NCBI GenBank assembly: GCA_038207085.1
Contig: JBBRAE010000007.1
Coordinates: 32,001 to 96,000, forward strand
Direction of reading: 5' to 3'
Length of the DNA: 64,000 nt
Origin: Armatimonadota bacterium
GTDB lineage: Bacteria > Armatimonadota > UBA5829 > DTLH01
Part shown: positions 8,911-17,634 of the stretch, in pieces
Numbering within the stretch: position 1 is the stretch's first letter
How the letters are laid out: each line of letters begins with the position of its first letter
Made by a program: the position numbers and the translations under genes
Notes under the pieces: generated by a model
Seen by the model: only the letters and a program-made list of their open reading frames with translations
Told to the model about the DNA's origin: nothing
The model's database searches: none

Positions 8911-10302
8911 TTATCTCCCGACCGTCCCGAGTCTGTTGATGACCACGTCGATCATTTCGTCTATGGTAGTAACCATCCTCGCACACGCCGCATAGGCCTT
9001 CTGGTATTTGATCATGTTCAGCATCTCTTCATCGAGCGATACGCCCGAGACGGACTCCCGCTGGTTCGAAAGCTGTTCAAGTGATAGACCTTGCACGCTT
9101 GATGTGCTCTTCGACTCTCTGGCCAATGATCCGATCTGACTCACCAGACCGATATAGAAACTGTTCGCAGTGTCGCCATCGATGTTCCGCGCGTCTTTCA
9201 GCGCCGCAATATCCTGTGCGAGCACGTTGTCGCCCTGGCGGCCCGTGTAAGACGTCACCACAAGCCGTGGTTTGTCTATAAGAGTCCGCTCCACCGACAT
9301 GTTCGACCCGTTGGTTCCTGCGACGAAGAAGTTTCCGGCAGGTTGGCCGTCGCTCGTGAGACCCTTTGAGTAGGTCGCGTTCACCGACTCGACCAGCCCT
9401 GAAGCGAGCTTGTCGAGCGAGCCGATGTAGTTCTCGATAATAGTATCGCGAGTCTCCATACGGCCTTGCAGAGCGCCGCCCTTAGCGCCAATCGACGTGC
9501 CGTCCGCCCAGGTAACCTGCGACCACTTATCGGAATCTTCCGTCACCTGCACATCGTTCACGTAAGTCCCCTGGACTAGAATCTTGCCGTTAATCGTAAG
9601 CATCATTTCGGAGCCGGGTTTACCGCTCGCTGAAATATTAACGATCTTCGACAGCTCATCCAAAAGAATATCTCTTCGATCCATCAGGTCATTCGGTGTG
9701 AATGAGCCGGTAGCCGACTGGCCGATGCTCTGATTTAGATCAGCGATCTCGTGGGCGATTCTGTTGATCGACGCTGCGTCGTCCTTGATCTGGTCATCGA
9801 GATTAAACTGCATATTCCGCAGGTCACTGCGAAGCGTTCCTATTCTCTGAGACACCTCAGTGCCGTATTCGACGACGGCAGCGCGAGCCGGAACACTCTC
9901 GGGAGAAGCCGACAGCTCCTGCCAGGAGTTCCAGAACTTATCTAGCACGCTTGAAAGACCGTTATCGCTCGGCTCACCAAAAATGGCCTCCACCTGTTCC
10001 AGGGACTGGTTCTTCGCGTCCCAGCTTCCCACGTTCTGATTGGCGGTGCGCACCTGGCCGTCGATAAAGCTTGATTGCATTCGCCTGACTTCAACCACTT
10101 CGACGCCGGTTCCAAGCTTAGGAGTGCCGGGACCGTTCACCGAAAACGCGCCGTTGATCACCATACCGGGCCGGAGGACGGCCTCCTGTCGCCTGTAGCC
10201 TTCGGTGCTCGCGTTGGCGATGTTGTGGGCCGTAACGTCCAAAGCAAACTGCTGTGCACGTAGACCACTCAACGCTACTTCAAGACCAAAAGACAGTGAC
10301 AA
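8911..10302 (-). CDS. flgK: Hook-associated protein 1 FlgK
   Basis: HNIANASTEGYRRQ, SGVSLDEEM; TTG start with GGAGG. Confidence 0.95.
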   Translation of the reverse strand: MSLSFGLEVALSGLRAQQFALDVTAHNIANASTEGYRRQEAVLRPGMVINGAFSVNGPGTPKLGTGVEVVEVRRMQSSFIDGQVRTANQNVGSWDAKNQSLEQVEAIFGEPSDNGLSSVLDKFWNSWQELSASPESVPARAAVVEYGTEVSQRIGTLRSDLRNMQFNLDDQIKDDAASINRIAHEIADLNQSIGQSATGSFTPNDLMDRRDILLDELSKIVNISASGKPGSEMMLTINGKILVQGTYVNDVQVTEDSDKWSQVTWADGTSIGAKGGALQGRMETRDTIIENYIGSLDKLASGLVESVNATYSKGLTSDGQPAGNFFVAGTNGSNMSVERTLIDKPRLVVTSYTGRQGDNVLAQDIAALKDARNIDGDTANSFYIGLVSQIGSLARESKSTSSVQGLSLEQLSNQRESVSGVSLDEEMLNMIKYQKAYAACARMVTTIDEMIDVVINRLGTVGR

Positions 10303-10316
10303 GTAATTCCTCCGTA

Positions 10317-10397
10317 CTAACCCGCTCTATTCGCTTTACGAATAGAGCTATGGCTAGTGATGCATCATTCACGCTTCTCGTGAATAACGCGGGCTAG
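10317..10397. mobile_element. 81-bp MITE-like element, family 1 (copy B)
   Basis: CTAACCCGCTCTATTC ... GAATAACGCGGGCTAG; two internal hairpins; overlaps the flgN stop codon. Confidence 0.7.
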
Positions 10398-10867
10398 ACC
10401 TTCAGGTCCAGCATAAGCGCCTGCGCCGCCGAGTCCCTATCGCCCCCGGTGGGGCTGTCGTAGGACTGCTTGGTAGATGCAAGCTGCGAGAAAATCTTCA
10501 TTGAGAAACCGACGAACTCAGCGGCGTTTATCAAGAGCTGCTTGTTCGCGTCCACAAGATCCCTGAGCTTTCGCGCTGCCTCTCCGGCACGCTTCTCAAG
10601 CTCTTTTCTCTTTGCTTCAAACTCCGGGGCAAGCCCACCTGTGTCGGCTGCTGCCAGAGCCTCTTCAAGCTCTTTCTCACGCCTGGCAAGAGATTCGATC
10701 CCGATCAGGACCGGCTCGTGCTCGGCGATGTTTTCCATCAGGACTTCGTGTCTGCCGCTTACCAAAATCCCCTGCTGCTCCTGTGCGAGCGCTGCAAGCT
10801 CTTCGTATCGGGCCACGCGCTTCGTGAGCGTGTCGATCAGTTCCTGGCAAATCGTGTCTGTTCGCAT
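10394..10867 (-). CDS. flgN: FlgN-family export chaperone
   Basis: Position between flgM and flgK; helical, with NKQLL motif. Confidence 0.8.
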   Translation of the reverse strand: MRTDTICQELIDTLTKRVARYEELAALAQEQQGILVSGRHEVLMENIAEHEPVLIGIESLARREKELEEALAAADTGGLAPEFEAKRKELEKRAGEAARKLRDLVDANKQLLINAAEFVGFSMKIFSQLASTKQSYDSPTGGDRDSAAQALMLDLKV

Positions 10868-10877
10868 AAGTCTTCGA

Positions 10878-11165
10878 CTATCCTCCGAACCCTGCGCCGC
10901 AGATCATTGCGTCTGCGATATCGGACGATTCGGTCCGATACTGCCCGCTCTGGACCGCACTTTGCAGGCTGCTTACAACATCCTCGCGCACTGCGGGAGT
11001 CTCTGAGAGATAATCTCTTACTTTCTGCATATCGCGAGCCTTTGGTGAGAGCACCAACTGATCGGGTTCGCCAGCAGCAGCCATCCTGGGCTTGCTTGTC
11101 GCCGCGTATACCCGGTGCAGGTGCACCTCAAGAACCTTGTTTATTTGTGTGTTGGAAATATGCAT
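10878..11165 (-). CDS. flgM: Anti-sigma-28 factor FlgM
   Basis: DQLVLS...VREDVVSSLQSAVQSGQY...IADAM. Confidence 0.88.
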   Translation of the reverse strand: MHISNTQINKVLEVHLHRVYAATSKPRMAAAGEPDQLVLSPKARDMQKVRDYLSETPAVREDVVSSLQSAVQSGQYRTESSDIADAMICGAGFGG

Positions 11166-11205
11166 CGGTCAGCATCCTTTCGTTCCGAGCGGTTCCTGGT
11201 CAGTC

Positions 11206-11580
11206 CTATTTCCTTCCATTAAGTGTATCGACAGTACTCAGCGATACTTTAGCGATATTTCTCGTTGCAAGCTGATCGTAGAGCACTTCGGCAAGCCCAA
11301 GTGAACTCGACTGAGACGCATCCTTCATCATCTCGTCGTCGAGCATTCCCTGGAACATATCCTCGGTCTCTTTGGATCCGAAGAGGTCGTTCTTGGGGAT
11401 CGTGGCGCGCATCTCTTTCATCATCTGATTGAGAAGCATCGCCTCAAAGCCCTGGCACGCATCCTTGAGCCTCGAATCGTCTCCAGCCCCGATACTCTGC
11501 AGCTTTGCCGCAACTCCAAGCTTGGAGTCTGCAGCAGACATAGCAACCCTGCGACCAACATTTAGCATATCGACATTCAC
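11206..11580 (-). CDS. flgJ: Short FlgJ (rod-binding domain only)
   Basis: LKDACQGFEAMLLNQMMKEMR, MLDDEM, LGLAEVLYDQL; no muramidase domain. Confidence 0.88.
   Translation of the reverse strand: MNVDMLNVGRRVAMSAADSKLGVAAKLQSIGAGDDSRLKDACQGFEAMLLNQMMKEMRATIPKNDLFGSKETEDMFQGMLDDEMMKDASQSSSLGLAEVLYDQLATRNIAKVSLSTVDTLNGRK
11225..11251 (-). promoter_or_regulatory. Sigma-28 promoter for flgM, inside the 3' end of flgJ
   Basis: TAAA-N15-GTCGATAC against consensus TAAA-N15-GCCGATAA. Confidence 0.75.
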
Positions 11581-11588
11581 GACATCAC

Positions 11589-12701
11589 CTATATCACGTC
11601 CAGCTCGGCGTGGAGAGCCCCTGCCTGCTTGAGTGCCTGAAGAATCGCTACTATGTCGCGAGGAGTGACTTTGAGCTCATTCAGTGCCCGCACGAGGTCT
11701 TCGAGCGTGCTGCCGGTATTGAGCTGCACGAGATGTGCCCGGTCCTCGGTCGCCGTAACGGTGGTCTGTGGCACCACCACGGTGTCGCCACTGTTTGAGA
11801 ACGGCTGCGGCTGCGAGACCTGGTTCTCGGTCGCAATCTCGACGCTCAGGTTGCCGTGGGAGATCGCAACGGGAGACATCTGCACGCCTCCACCGATCAC
11901 CACCGTCCCTGTGCGTTCGTTCACGATCACCTTTGCGATCATGGACTGTGTGACCATCAGCTCGCCGAGATCCGCGATCAGGTTCGTCGGGTTGACGCCA
12001 TCGCCGCACTTCACTTCCACCGTTGCCGCGTCGACCGCCGTCGCGTTTCCTGTTCCCAGTCTTGATTCAACGGCCTTGGCGACTCGAACTGCGGTGTTAA
12101 AATCGGGGTTATTCAAGAGAATGTTCATCGCTCCATTGCTTACAAGAGAGGTCGGAACAGACTGCTCGATTATCGCGCCGTCAGGGATTCGCCCGACGGT
12201 GGGATGGTTCTTCGTCACCTTGTTTCCGTCACCGCCTGCAGTGAACCCGCCGACGGAGACTGCGCCCTGGGCGACCGCATAGACCCCACCGTTTGCCGCC
12301 TGAAGAGGCGTCTGCAGAAGCATCCCGCCCTGCAGGCTCTTGGCGTCTCCGAGCGAGGAAACAGTGATATCTATCTTGCTGCCGGGCCGCACAAACGGAG
12401 GAAGCTCTGCCGTCACCATAACGGCGGCGACGTTCTTCACCTTGAGCCTGGCAAGCGGGACAGTGATCCCATACCTCTGGAGCATGTTCGCGACTGCCTG
12501 AGCTGTAAACTGTGACTGCTGGCTGTCGCCGCTTGCATCGAGTCCTACGATGATCCCGTAGCCGATGAGCTGGTTGCTCCGAACGCCTTCAAACCGAGCC
12601 ACGTCTTTGACCTTGACAAACTGATCAGAAACACCCGCTGGGCATACCGCGAAGACCAGTAGGATTGATGTGATATAGACAATTGCGTTTTTTGTTCGCA
12701 T
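11589..12701 (-). CDS. flgI: P-ring protein FlgI
   Basis: NQLIGYGIIVGL, KNVAAVMVTA, LKQAGALHAEL. Confidence 0.96.
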   Translation of the reverse strand: MRTKNAIVYITSILLVFAVCPAGVSDQFVKVKDVARFEGVRSNQLIGYGIIVGLDASGDSQQSQFTAQAVANMLQRYGITVPLARLKVKNVAAVMVTAELPPFVRPGSKIDITVSSLGDAKSLQGGMLLQTPLQAANGGVYAVAQGAVSVGGFTAGGDGNKVTKNHPTVGRIPDGAIIEQSVPTSLVSNGAMNILLNNPDFNTAVRVAKAVESRLGTGNATAVDAATVEVKCGDGVNPTNLIADLGELMVTQSMIAKVIVNERTGTVVIGGGVQMSPVAISHGNLSVEIATENQVSQPQPFSNSGDTVVVPQTTVTATEDRAHLVQLNTGSTLEDLVRALNELKVTPRDIVAILQALKQAGALHAELDVI

Positions 12702-12716
12702 CTGTTTGCTCCTCAT

Positions 12717-13298
12717 TTAGAAGACATACCGAAGGAGCTTGCTGAAGAAGCCTTCCTTCTGTCTGTCGCCGATAGGACCCTTGCCGTTGAACTTTATTAC
12801 AACGTCTGCCAGGTATGTCGAAAGCACTGAGTTGTCCTGGTTCACGTCCTGTGGGCGGACGACTCCGGTCAGAACGATGTCCTGCTTCTCCCCATTTGTT
12901 ATGACCACCCTGCTTGCCTGCACGACGAGGTTCCCGTTCGGGAGCACGTCGATAACAGTAGCAGTAACCTTGGTAGCAAAACTGCTTGTTACGGTGTTGC
13001 TTCCATTGGCAGTTCCCTTCTGGGCACTCTTGAAGTTGATATCCGGTAACAGGTTGATTGGGAAGGGCCCTACACCCGCCGCATTGTTGTGCTCAAATGC
13101 CTTGGCATAGTCGGAGCTTTCAGCTAAAGATGAGGACGACTCCTCAATAATCACGATAGTAAGCAAATCACCGGCGCGCCGTGCTTTCTGGTCCTCGAAT
13201 ATGCTCTTACTCGACGTGCTCCAGAGTGACTCCGCAGACGCCGGTGCGATAGCGATGAGTATAAGAATAGCTGCTATAGCTTTTGCAACGTTTGACAT
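12717..13298 (-). CDS. flgH: L-ring protein FlgH
   Basis: GDLLTIVI, VLPNGNL, GVVRPQDV...NSVLS. Confidence 0.92.
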   Translation of the reverse strand: MSNVAKAIAAILILIAIAPASAESLWSTSSKSIFEDQKARRAGDLLTIVIIEESSSSLAESSDYAKAFEHNNAAGVGPFPINLLPDINFKSAQKGTANGSNTVTSSFATKVTATVIDVLPNGNLVVQASRVVITNGEKQDIVLTGVVRPQDVNQDNSVLSTYLADVVIKFNGKGPIGDRQKEGFFSKLLRYVF

Positions 13299-13300
13299 TG

Positions 13301-14269
13301 TTAACTCCTCTTAGCCAATCGTATCTCAACAAGGCCAGACTCCACTACCTTGGCGCGGATCTCTCTCAGGTCACCGGACAGCTTCACTTTGATGGTGTCT
13401 CCGGGTCTGCCGTCAGCGGCTGCGACTCCCTTGTCGGAAATGCATATCGTGTCACCTCGCACAACCACGGTCACCTTGTCGCCAGCCTTGATCGCCATCG
13501 CCTCGGTCACCCATGACCTGCGCACGACTGTTCCGACCGGAATCGACTGCGTCGCAGTCGACCCGTCCACCGGCATCTGCGAGAGCGCGTCCTCACTGGC
13601 AGTGGTGACCTCTCTTGTGTCCAGGGCGGAGTTCGATGAATCTATCACTCCACCTCTCGCAATCGGCTGGGTTGCGATCACGACCGGCGCAAACACCCTG
13701 ATATTCACCGCGATATATAGCGTAGAGTAGACCTGTCCGTCGACAAGAATATCGACCGGGAAGCTGGCCCTGCCCTTGCGCGGTTTCGAACCGTTATCAC
13801 GCACCCGAATCTCAAGCGGGCCCGTAGGCACTACCTGCTCATTTGGGAGCCTCACCGACTCGACCTCTGCGTTTCCAGTCCAGGTCTTGTTCGCATTCAC
13901 GAACTCTCTGACGGTGTCAAAGAGCGCCTGTCCCGGAATCCGACTTACCGCGCGGGAGACTGTCGCCTGCGCCGGGCAAAGCAGCCCGACTGTGCCGTCT
14001 GCGATGCCATACTTACGGATCGTCACCAGGAGCTGCTCACGAGTAAGCACCCTGCTTCGACCGGCAAGAGGAGCCGCACAGACCGAGATTTCCGCGATCT
14101 TGGTCGCAAGAGCTGCGTTCTTGCTCTTTACGACCGCGATGTCTCCGAGCTTCACATCGGTCGTCGACACTTCGGTCATCGGGCGGACCATCACGTCCAC
14201 CAGCGGAGCTGAAACCACCGCGCTGGCTGCGAGTATCGCGATTATCAAGCTGTTAACGAGTCGTTTCAT
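13301..14269 (-). CDS. flgA: P-ring formation chaperone FlgA
   Basis: C-terminal SAF-like domain (IKAGDKVTVV...DGRPGDTIKV); position between flgG and flgH. Confidence 0.88.
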   Translation of the reverse strand: MKRLVNSLIIAILAASAVVSAPLVDVMVRPMTEVSTTDVKLGDIAVVKSKNAALATKIAEISVCAAPLAGRSRVLTREQLLVTIRKYGIADGTVGLLCPAQATVSRAVSRIPGQALFDTVREFVNANKTWTGNAEVESVRLPNEQVVPTGPLEIRVRDNGSKPRKGRASFPVDILVDGQVYSTLYIAVNIRVFAPVVIATQPIARGGVIDSSNSALDTREVTTASEDALSQMPVDGSTATQSIPVGTVVRRSWVTEAMAIKAGDKVTVVVRGDTICISDKGVAAADGRPGDTIKVKLSGDLREIRAKVVESGLVEIRLAKRS

Positions 14270-14278
14270 CGGTTTACC

Positions 14279-15064
14279 TTAACGCCTCAGATTGTTTGCT
14301 ATGTTCAGCATATCGTCAGCGGTCTGAATCGCTTTGGAGTTGACTTCATAGGCGCGCTGGGCGACAATCATATTGACCATCTCTTCAACGACCTTCACAT
14401 TTGACATTTCGAGCATCTGGCTCTGAATGGTGCCAATGCCGTCATCGCCCGGTCCACCGACTACCGCATCACCGGAGGCCGCCGTGGATTCATACAGGTT
14501 CCGACCTATACTCGAAAGGCCCGCGGGGTTGGAGAACTTCGCAAGTGAGACCTTTCCAAGCTCTCTTGAGGATTCGCCCGGGAACTTCGCCGAGACAGTT
14601 CCGTCGATGCCGATGCTCACATCAAGCGCATCCGCCGGGATCACGACTTCTGGCTCAAGCGGGAAACCGTCGCTTGTCACCATCCGACCGGTGCTGTCTT
14701 TCTTGAAGCTGCCGTCGCGGGTATATCCGGTCTGGCCGTTTGGCTGAATGACCTGGAAGAAGCCATCACCTTCGATAACCATATCAAGCGGATTGTCGGA
14801 GTGCTGATAGTCACCCTGTGTAAAAATCTTCTGAGTTGCGCCGTACTGGGTTCCAAGACCCACCTGGATGCCGGTCGGCACCTGCGCCCCTTGCGCTTCG
14901 GACGCGCCTGCCGGCTGCAGGGTTTGGTAGAGCAGGTCCTGAAAGTCGACCCGGCTCTTCTTGAACCCTGGTGTGTTGACGTTCGCGAGGTTGTTCGAAA
15001 TAACGTCGATATTAAGCTGCTGAGCCTCCATACCGGTGGCGGCAGTCCAAAGTGCTCTGATCAT
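14279..15064 (-). CDS. flgG: Distal rod protein FlgG
   Basis: [37 protein letters not shown]. Confidence 0.97.
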   Translation of the reverse strand: MIRALWTAATGMEAQQLNIDVISNNLANVNTPGFKKSRVDFQDLLYQTLQPAGASEAQGAQVPTGIQVGLGTQYGATQKIFTQGDYQHSDNPLDMVIEGDGFFQVIQPNGQTGYTRDGSFKKDSTGRMVTSDGFPLEPEVVIPADALDVSIGIDGTVSAKFPGESSRELGKVSLAKFSNPAGLSSIGRNLYESTAASGDAVVGGPGDDGIGTIQSQMLEMSNVKVVEEMVNMIVAQRAYEVNSKAIQTADDMLNIANNLRR

Positions 15065-15076
15065 CTAGTGGTCCTC

Positions 15077-15748
15077 CTAACCGGGTCGCCCGGTCTGGTT
15101 TATAACTTTGTCTAAGGTTTGGTCGAGATTTTGTATAGCTTTCTGATTGGCTTCATAGGCTCGCAGAGCGGAGATCATCGATACCATCTCCTCCACCGCG
15201 TTCACGTTGGAGCCTTCCAGCCTTCCCTGAAGAACACGCCCCCGCTCTTTGCCGTCCGTTCCGGAGATTCGGAGCCTGTCGACGACTTTGCCGTCCACGC
15301 GAATACTCCCATCAGGATCCACCTTCCAGCTTGCCCCTGAGACACGGACCGGGCCGTTTTGCCCTAAAACTGGGACATCATCCGAGGTAACAAGCGTTCC
15401 TCTGTCTGAGATGTGAAAGTTGCCGGTGCGGGTAAACTCGGGGGACTCTTTGGAGCCGATCACAAAGAACCCGGGGCCATCAATGGCGAGGTTAGAGGGA
15501 TCGGAAGTGTCGGCAATCATCCCCGCGCGTTCATCCGTAGAGCCAAAGGCGTGCGGAATGACGCACCCAGGTGAGCGCCGTTCTGTAGAAAGAACACTCT
15601 TGTCCGCATCATCAAGCTGCGCTGAAAAGCTGAGCGACGTACGCTTGAAGCCCGGGGTATTGGTGTTCGCTAGATTGTGAGAGATTGCATCCTGCACTTC
15701 AATCTGCCCGAGCATCCCTGCTGCGGAACTATATAAACCATTAATCAC
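15077..15748 (-). CDS. flgF: Basal-body rod protein FlgF/FlhO-type
   Basis: GTG start with GGAGG; NLANTNTPGFK, TRTGNF, LEGSNVNAVEEM. Confidence 0.85.
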   Translation of the reverse strand: MINGLYSSAAGMLGQIEVQDAISHNLANTNTPGFKRTSLSFSAQLDDADKSVLSTERRSPGCVIPHAFGSTDERAGMIADTSDPSNLAIDGPGFFVIGSKESPEFTRTGNFHISDRGTLVTSDDVPVLGQNGPVRVSGASWKVDPDGSIRVDGKVVDRLRISGTDGKERGRVLQGRLEGSNVNAVEEMVSMISALRAYEANQKAIQNLDQTLDKVINQTGRPG

Positions 15749-15769
15749 TTTAGGCAACCTCCGTGCTAT

Positions 15770-15797
15770 ATGTCGACAGGTTGCGTGCAAGACTTTA
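15770..15797 (-). promoter_or_regulatory. Sigma-28-like promoter for the flgF operon
   Basis: TAAA-N16-GTCGACAT. Confidence 0.6.
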
Positions 15798-15856
15798 GCA
15801 GTATTTTTACCAGGTGGGGATTTATTTTCAGGGGAAAGTAAGAAACGCGACAAAAG

Positions 15857-15888
15857 ACGTAGGGGCGGACCAATGTGTCCGCCCTTTC
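15857..15888 (+). repeat. GTAG-type REP-like palindrome
   Basis: GTAG-GGGCGGAC-CAATGT-GTCCGCCC; 32 bp identical to 54940-54971. Confidence 0.8.
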
Positions 15889-15945
15889 ATCGACTACGCA
15901 CAACCCCTCAACAGAACCAAAAGCTCAAGAAAGTCGTGCCCAAAC

Positions 15946-17121
15946 TCAGGGAGAAAACTCTTCGCGCAGATTCTCCAACTCGCCAAGAACCGCCAAAGTG
16001 ACTGGGTTATCGGGCAAGAGACCGCAGAACTCAGCAAGCGCAGCCTCATCACCACTGGTTCGCACAACATCCTGAATGCGCGAGGCAGTCGGGTCATCAG
16101 CAGGGTCAAAGAGCAACCCAGCGGCGATCCCCTTACACACGTTCCTCGGAACAACCCCTTGCGCGACACAGAACTTCGCGCCACCGACGAGACGATCGTC
16201 CGACCCGAGCTTTCGCACGGGGTCGCGGCCGACTCGGGCGACCTGGTCACCAAGCGCGACGTTGCCAAAGCGCTGGATCAAGTCCTCGATGTGCGCGTGA
16301 TGCTCCACAAGATCGACGCCGTAGGCTCTGGCAAGCGCCTCACCGGTCTCCATCATCGCCGCGCGGGTCGCAGCAAGCACCCGGTCATCGCGCATCGCCT
16401 GCCACATAAACTCGTGCCCGCGAAGGTACCCGAGATACGCGGCTACAGCGTGACCGCAGTTGTGGGTGAAGAGCTTATCGTCGACAAACGCCTGGAAGTT
16501 GTCGTACGCCTCAACGCCCACGATCTCCGGCGCCGGCCCAACAAACGCATTACGATCGACCGGAAGCTTCTTATACGCCTCGACGACGATCAAAAGCGGG
16601 TCTTCGCGCCGCTGCTCCTCGGTCATAGTCGGCACCATCCGCGCGACAACCGACATCACAAACCCGACTTTCGAGTCAAAGTAGGAGTGACAATCGTTGG
16701 GGAGATTCTTTCGGACCTGATCGCGCAGAAACGTGTCGGCATGTGCCAGGTTTTCGCAGATGATGATGTTAAGCGGCGCATCGGAGCGCTCCACCATCCG
16801 TCGCTCGACGCCTCGGGCAAGCGCGGGAGCAATTGCAGGAAGCACGTTCACCCCAACAGCGGTGCAGGCGATATCAGCCGTAGCCAACTCGGACGCCACA
16901 GCCTCGATGTCCCGCCCGCTGACCGCGCGAATGTTCTTGATCTCTATATCTTCGGGGGTGTCACTCGCGATACGGATCGTATACGCGCCACGCTCACATA
17001 AGAGCCGGACAACATCCGGCATTACGTCGACAAACACCACCTCATAGCCCGACTCCGAGAAAAGCTGGCCGGTAAACCCCCGACCGATGTTCCCCGCGCC
17101 GAACTGAACCGCTTTCTTCAA
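15946..17121 (-). CDS. mtlD: Mannitol-1-phosphate 5-dehydrogenase family protein
   Basis: AVQFGAGNIGRGF, IICEN, KLFTHNCGHA, RVGRDPVRKL. Confidence 0.85.
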   Translation of the reverse strand: MKKAVQFGAGNIGRGFTGQLFSESGYEVVFVDVMPDVVRLLCERGAYTIRIASDTPEDIEIKNIRAVSGRDIEAVASELATADIACTAVGVNVLPAIAPALARGVERRMVERSDAPLNIIICENLAHADTFLRDQVRKNLPNDCHSYFDSKVGFVMSVVARMVPTMTEEQRREDPLLIVVEAYKKLPVDRNAFVGPAPEIVGVEAYDNFQAFVDDKLFTHNCGHAVAAYLGYLRGHEFMWQAMRDDRVLAATRAAMMETGEALARAYGVDLVEHHAHIEDLIQRFGNVALGDQVARVGRDPVRKLGSDDRLVGGAKFCVAQGVVPRNVCKGIAAGLLFDPADDPTASRIQDVVRTSGDEAALAEFCGLLPDNPVTLAVLGELENLREEFSP

Positions 17122-17124
17122 CCT

Positions 17125-17535
17125 CTATTTCCCTTCTTGCTGAAACTCTTCGAACGCATGCGGCATAAGCTCCGCAAGCGTGTAACGAATAACCTCACCG
17201 TCACTTCCGGCGGCTATAACAACAGGCGACGAGTCACCCGCAAACTCCTGCATCACCTGAAGACACGCGCCGCAGGGCATAGCAGGCTTTCCGTCAACCG
17301 AGATGGCAACGGCAACGATTTCGCGTTCGCCCTCGCTCACCGCTTTCCAGATAGCAACCCTTTCAGCGCACACAGTAAGGCCAAATGAGGCGTTTTCGAC
17401 GTTGCACCCCGTAAACACCCGGCCTGAGGAAACAAGCACCGCCGCTCCCACCTTAAAATTCGAGAAAGGCGCGTATGCCGACTCCCTCGCCGCCCGGGCA
17501 GCATCAATAAGCCCGTCCTGTTCAGGTATGTTCAA
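17125..17535 (-). CDS. cdd: Cytidine deaminase (homotetrameric type)
   Basis: AYAPFSNFKVGA, GCNVEN, CAE, PCGAC. Confidence 0.95.
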   Translation of the reverse strand: MNIPEQDGLIDAARAARESAYAPFSNFKVGAAVLVSSGRVFTGCNVENASFGLTVCAERVAIWKAVSEGEREIVAVAISVDGKPAMPCGACLQVMQEFAGDSSPVVIAAGSDGEVIRYTLAELMPHAFEEFQQEGK

Positions 17536-17563
17536 GTTAGAGCCCTCATGCTATACACACTTA

Positions 17564-17634
17564 GAGCGTATCTGAGAAATCCCGATTGTAGTGGCCGGTC
17601 GCCGTGCCAGCCACTACACTTCTCAGACACGCTC
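17564..17634. mobile_element. 71-bp MITE, family 2 (short copy), flanked by a TTA duplication
   Basis: TTA-GAGCGTATCTGAGAA...TTCTCAGACACGCTC-TTA. Confidence 0.8.
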
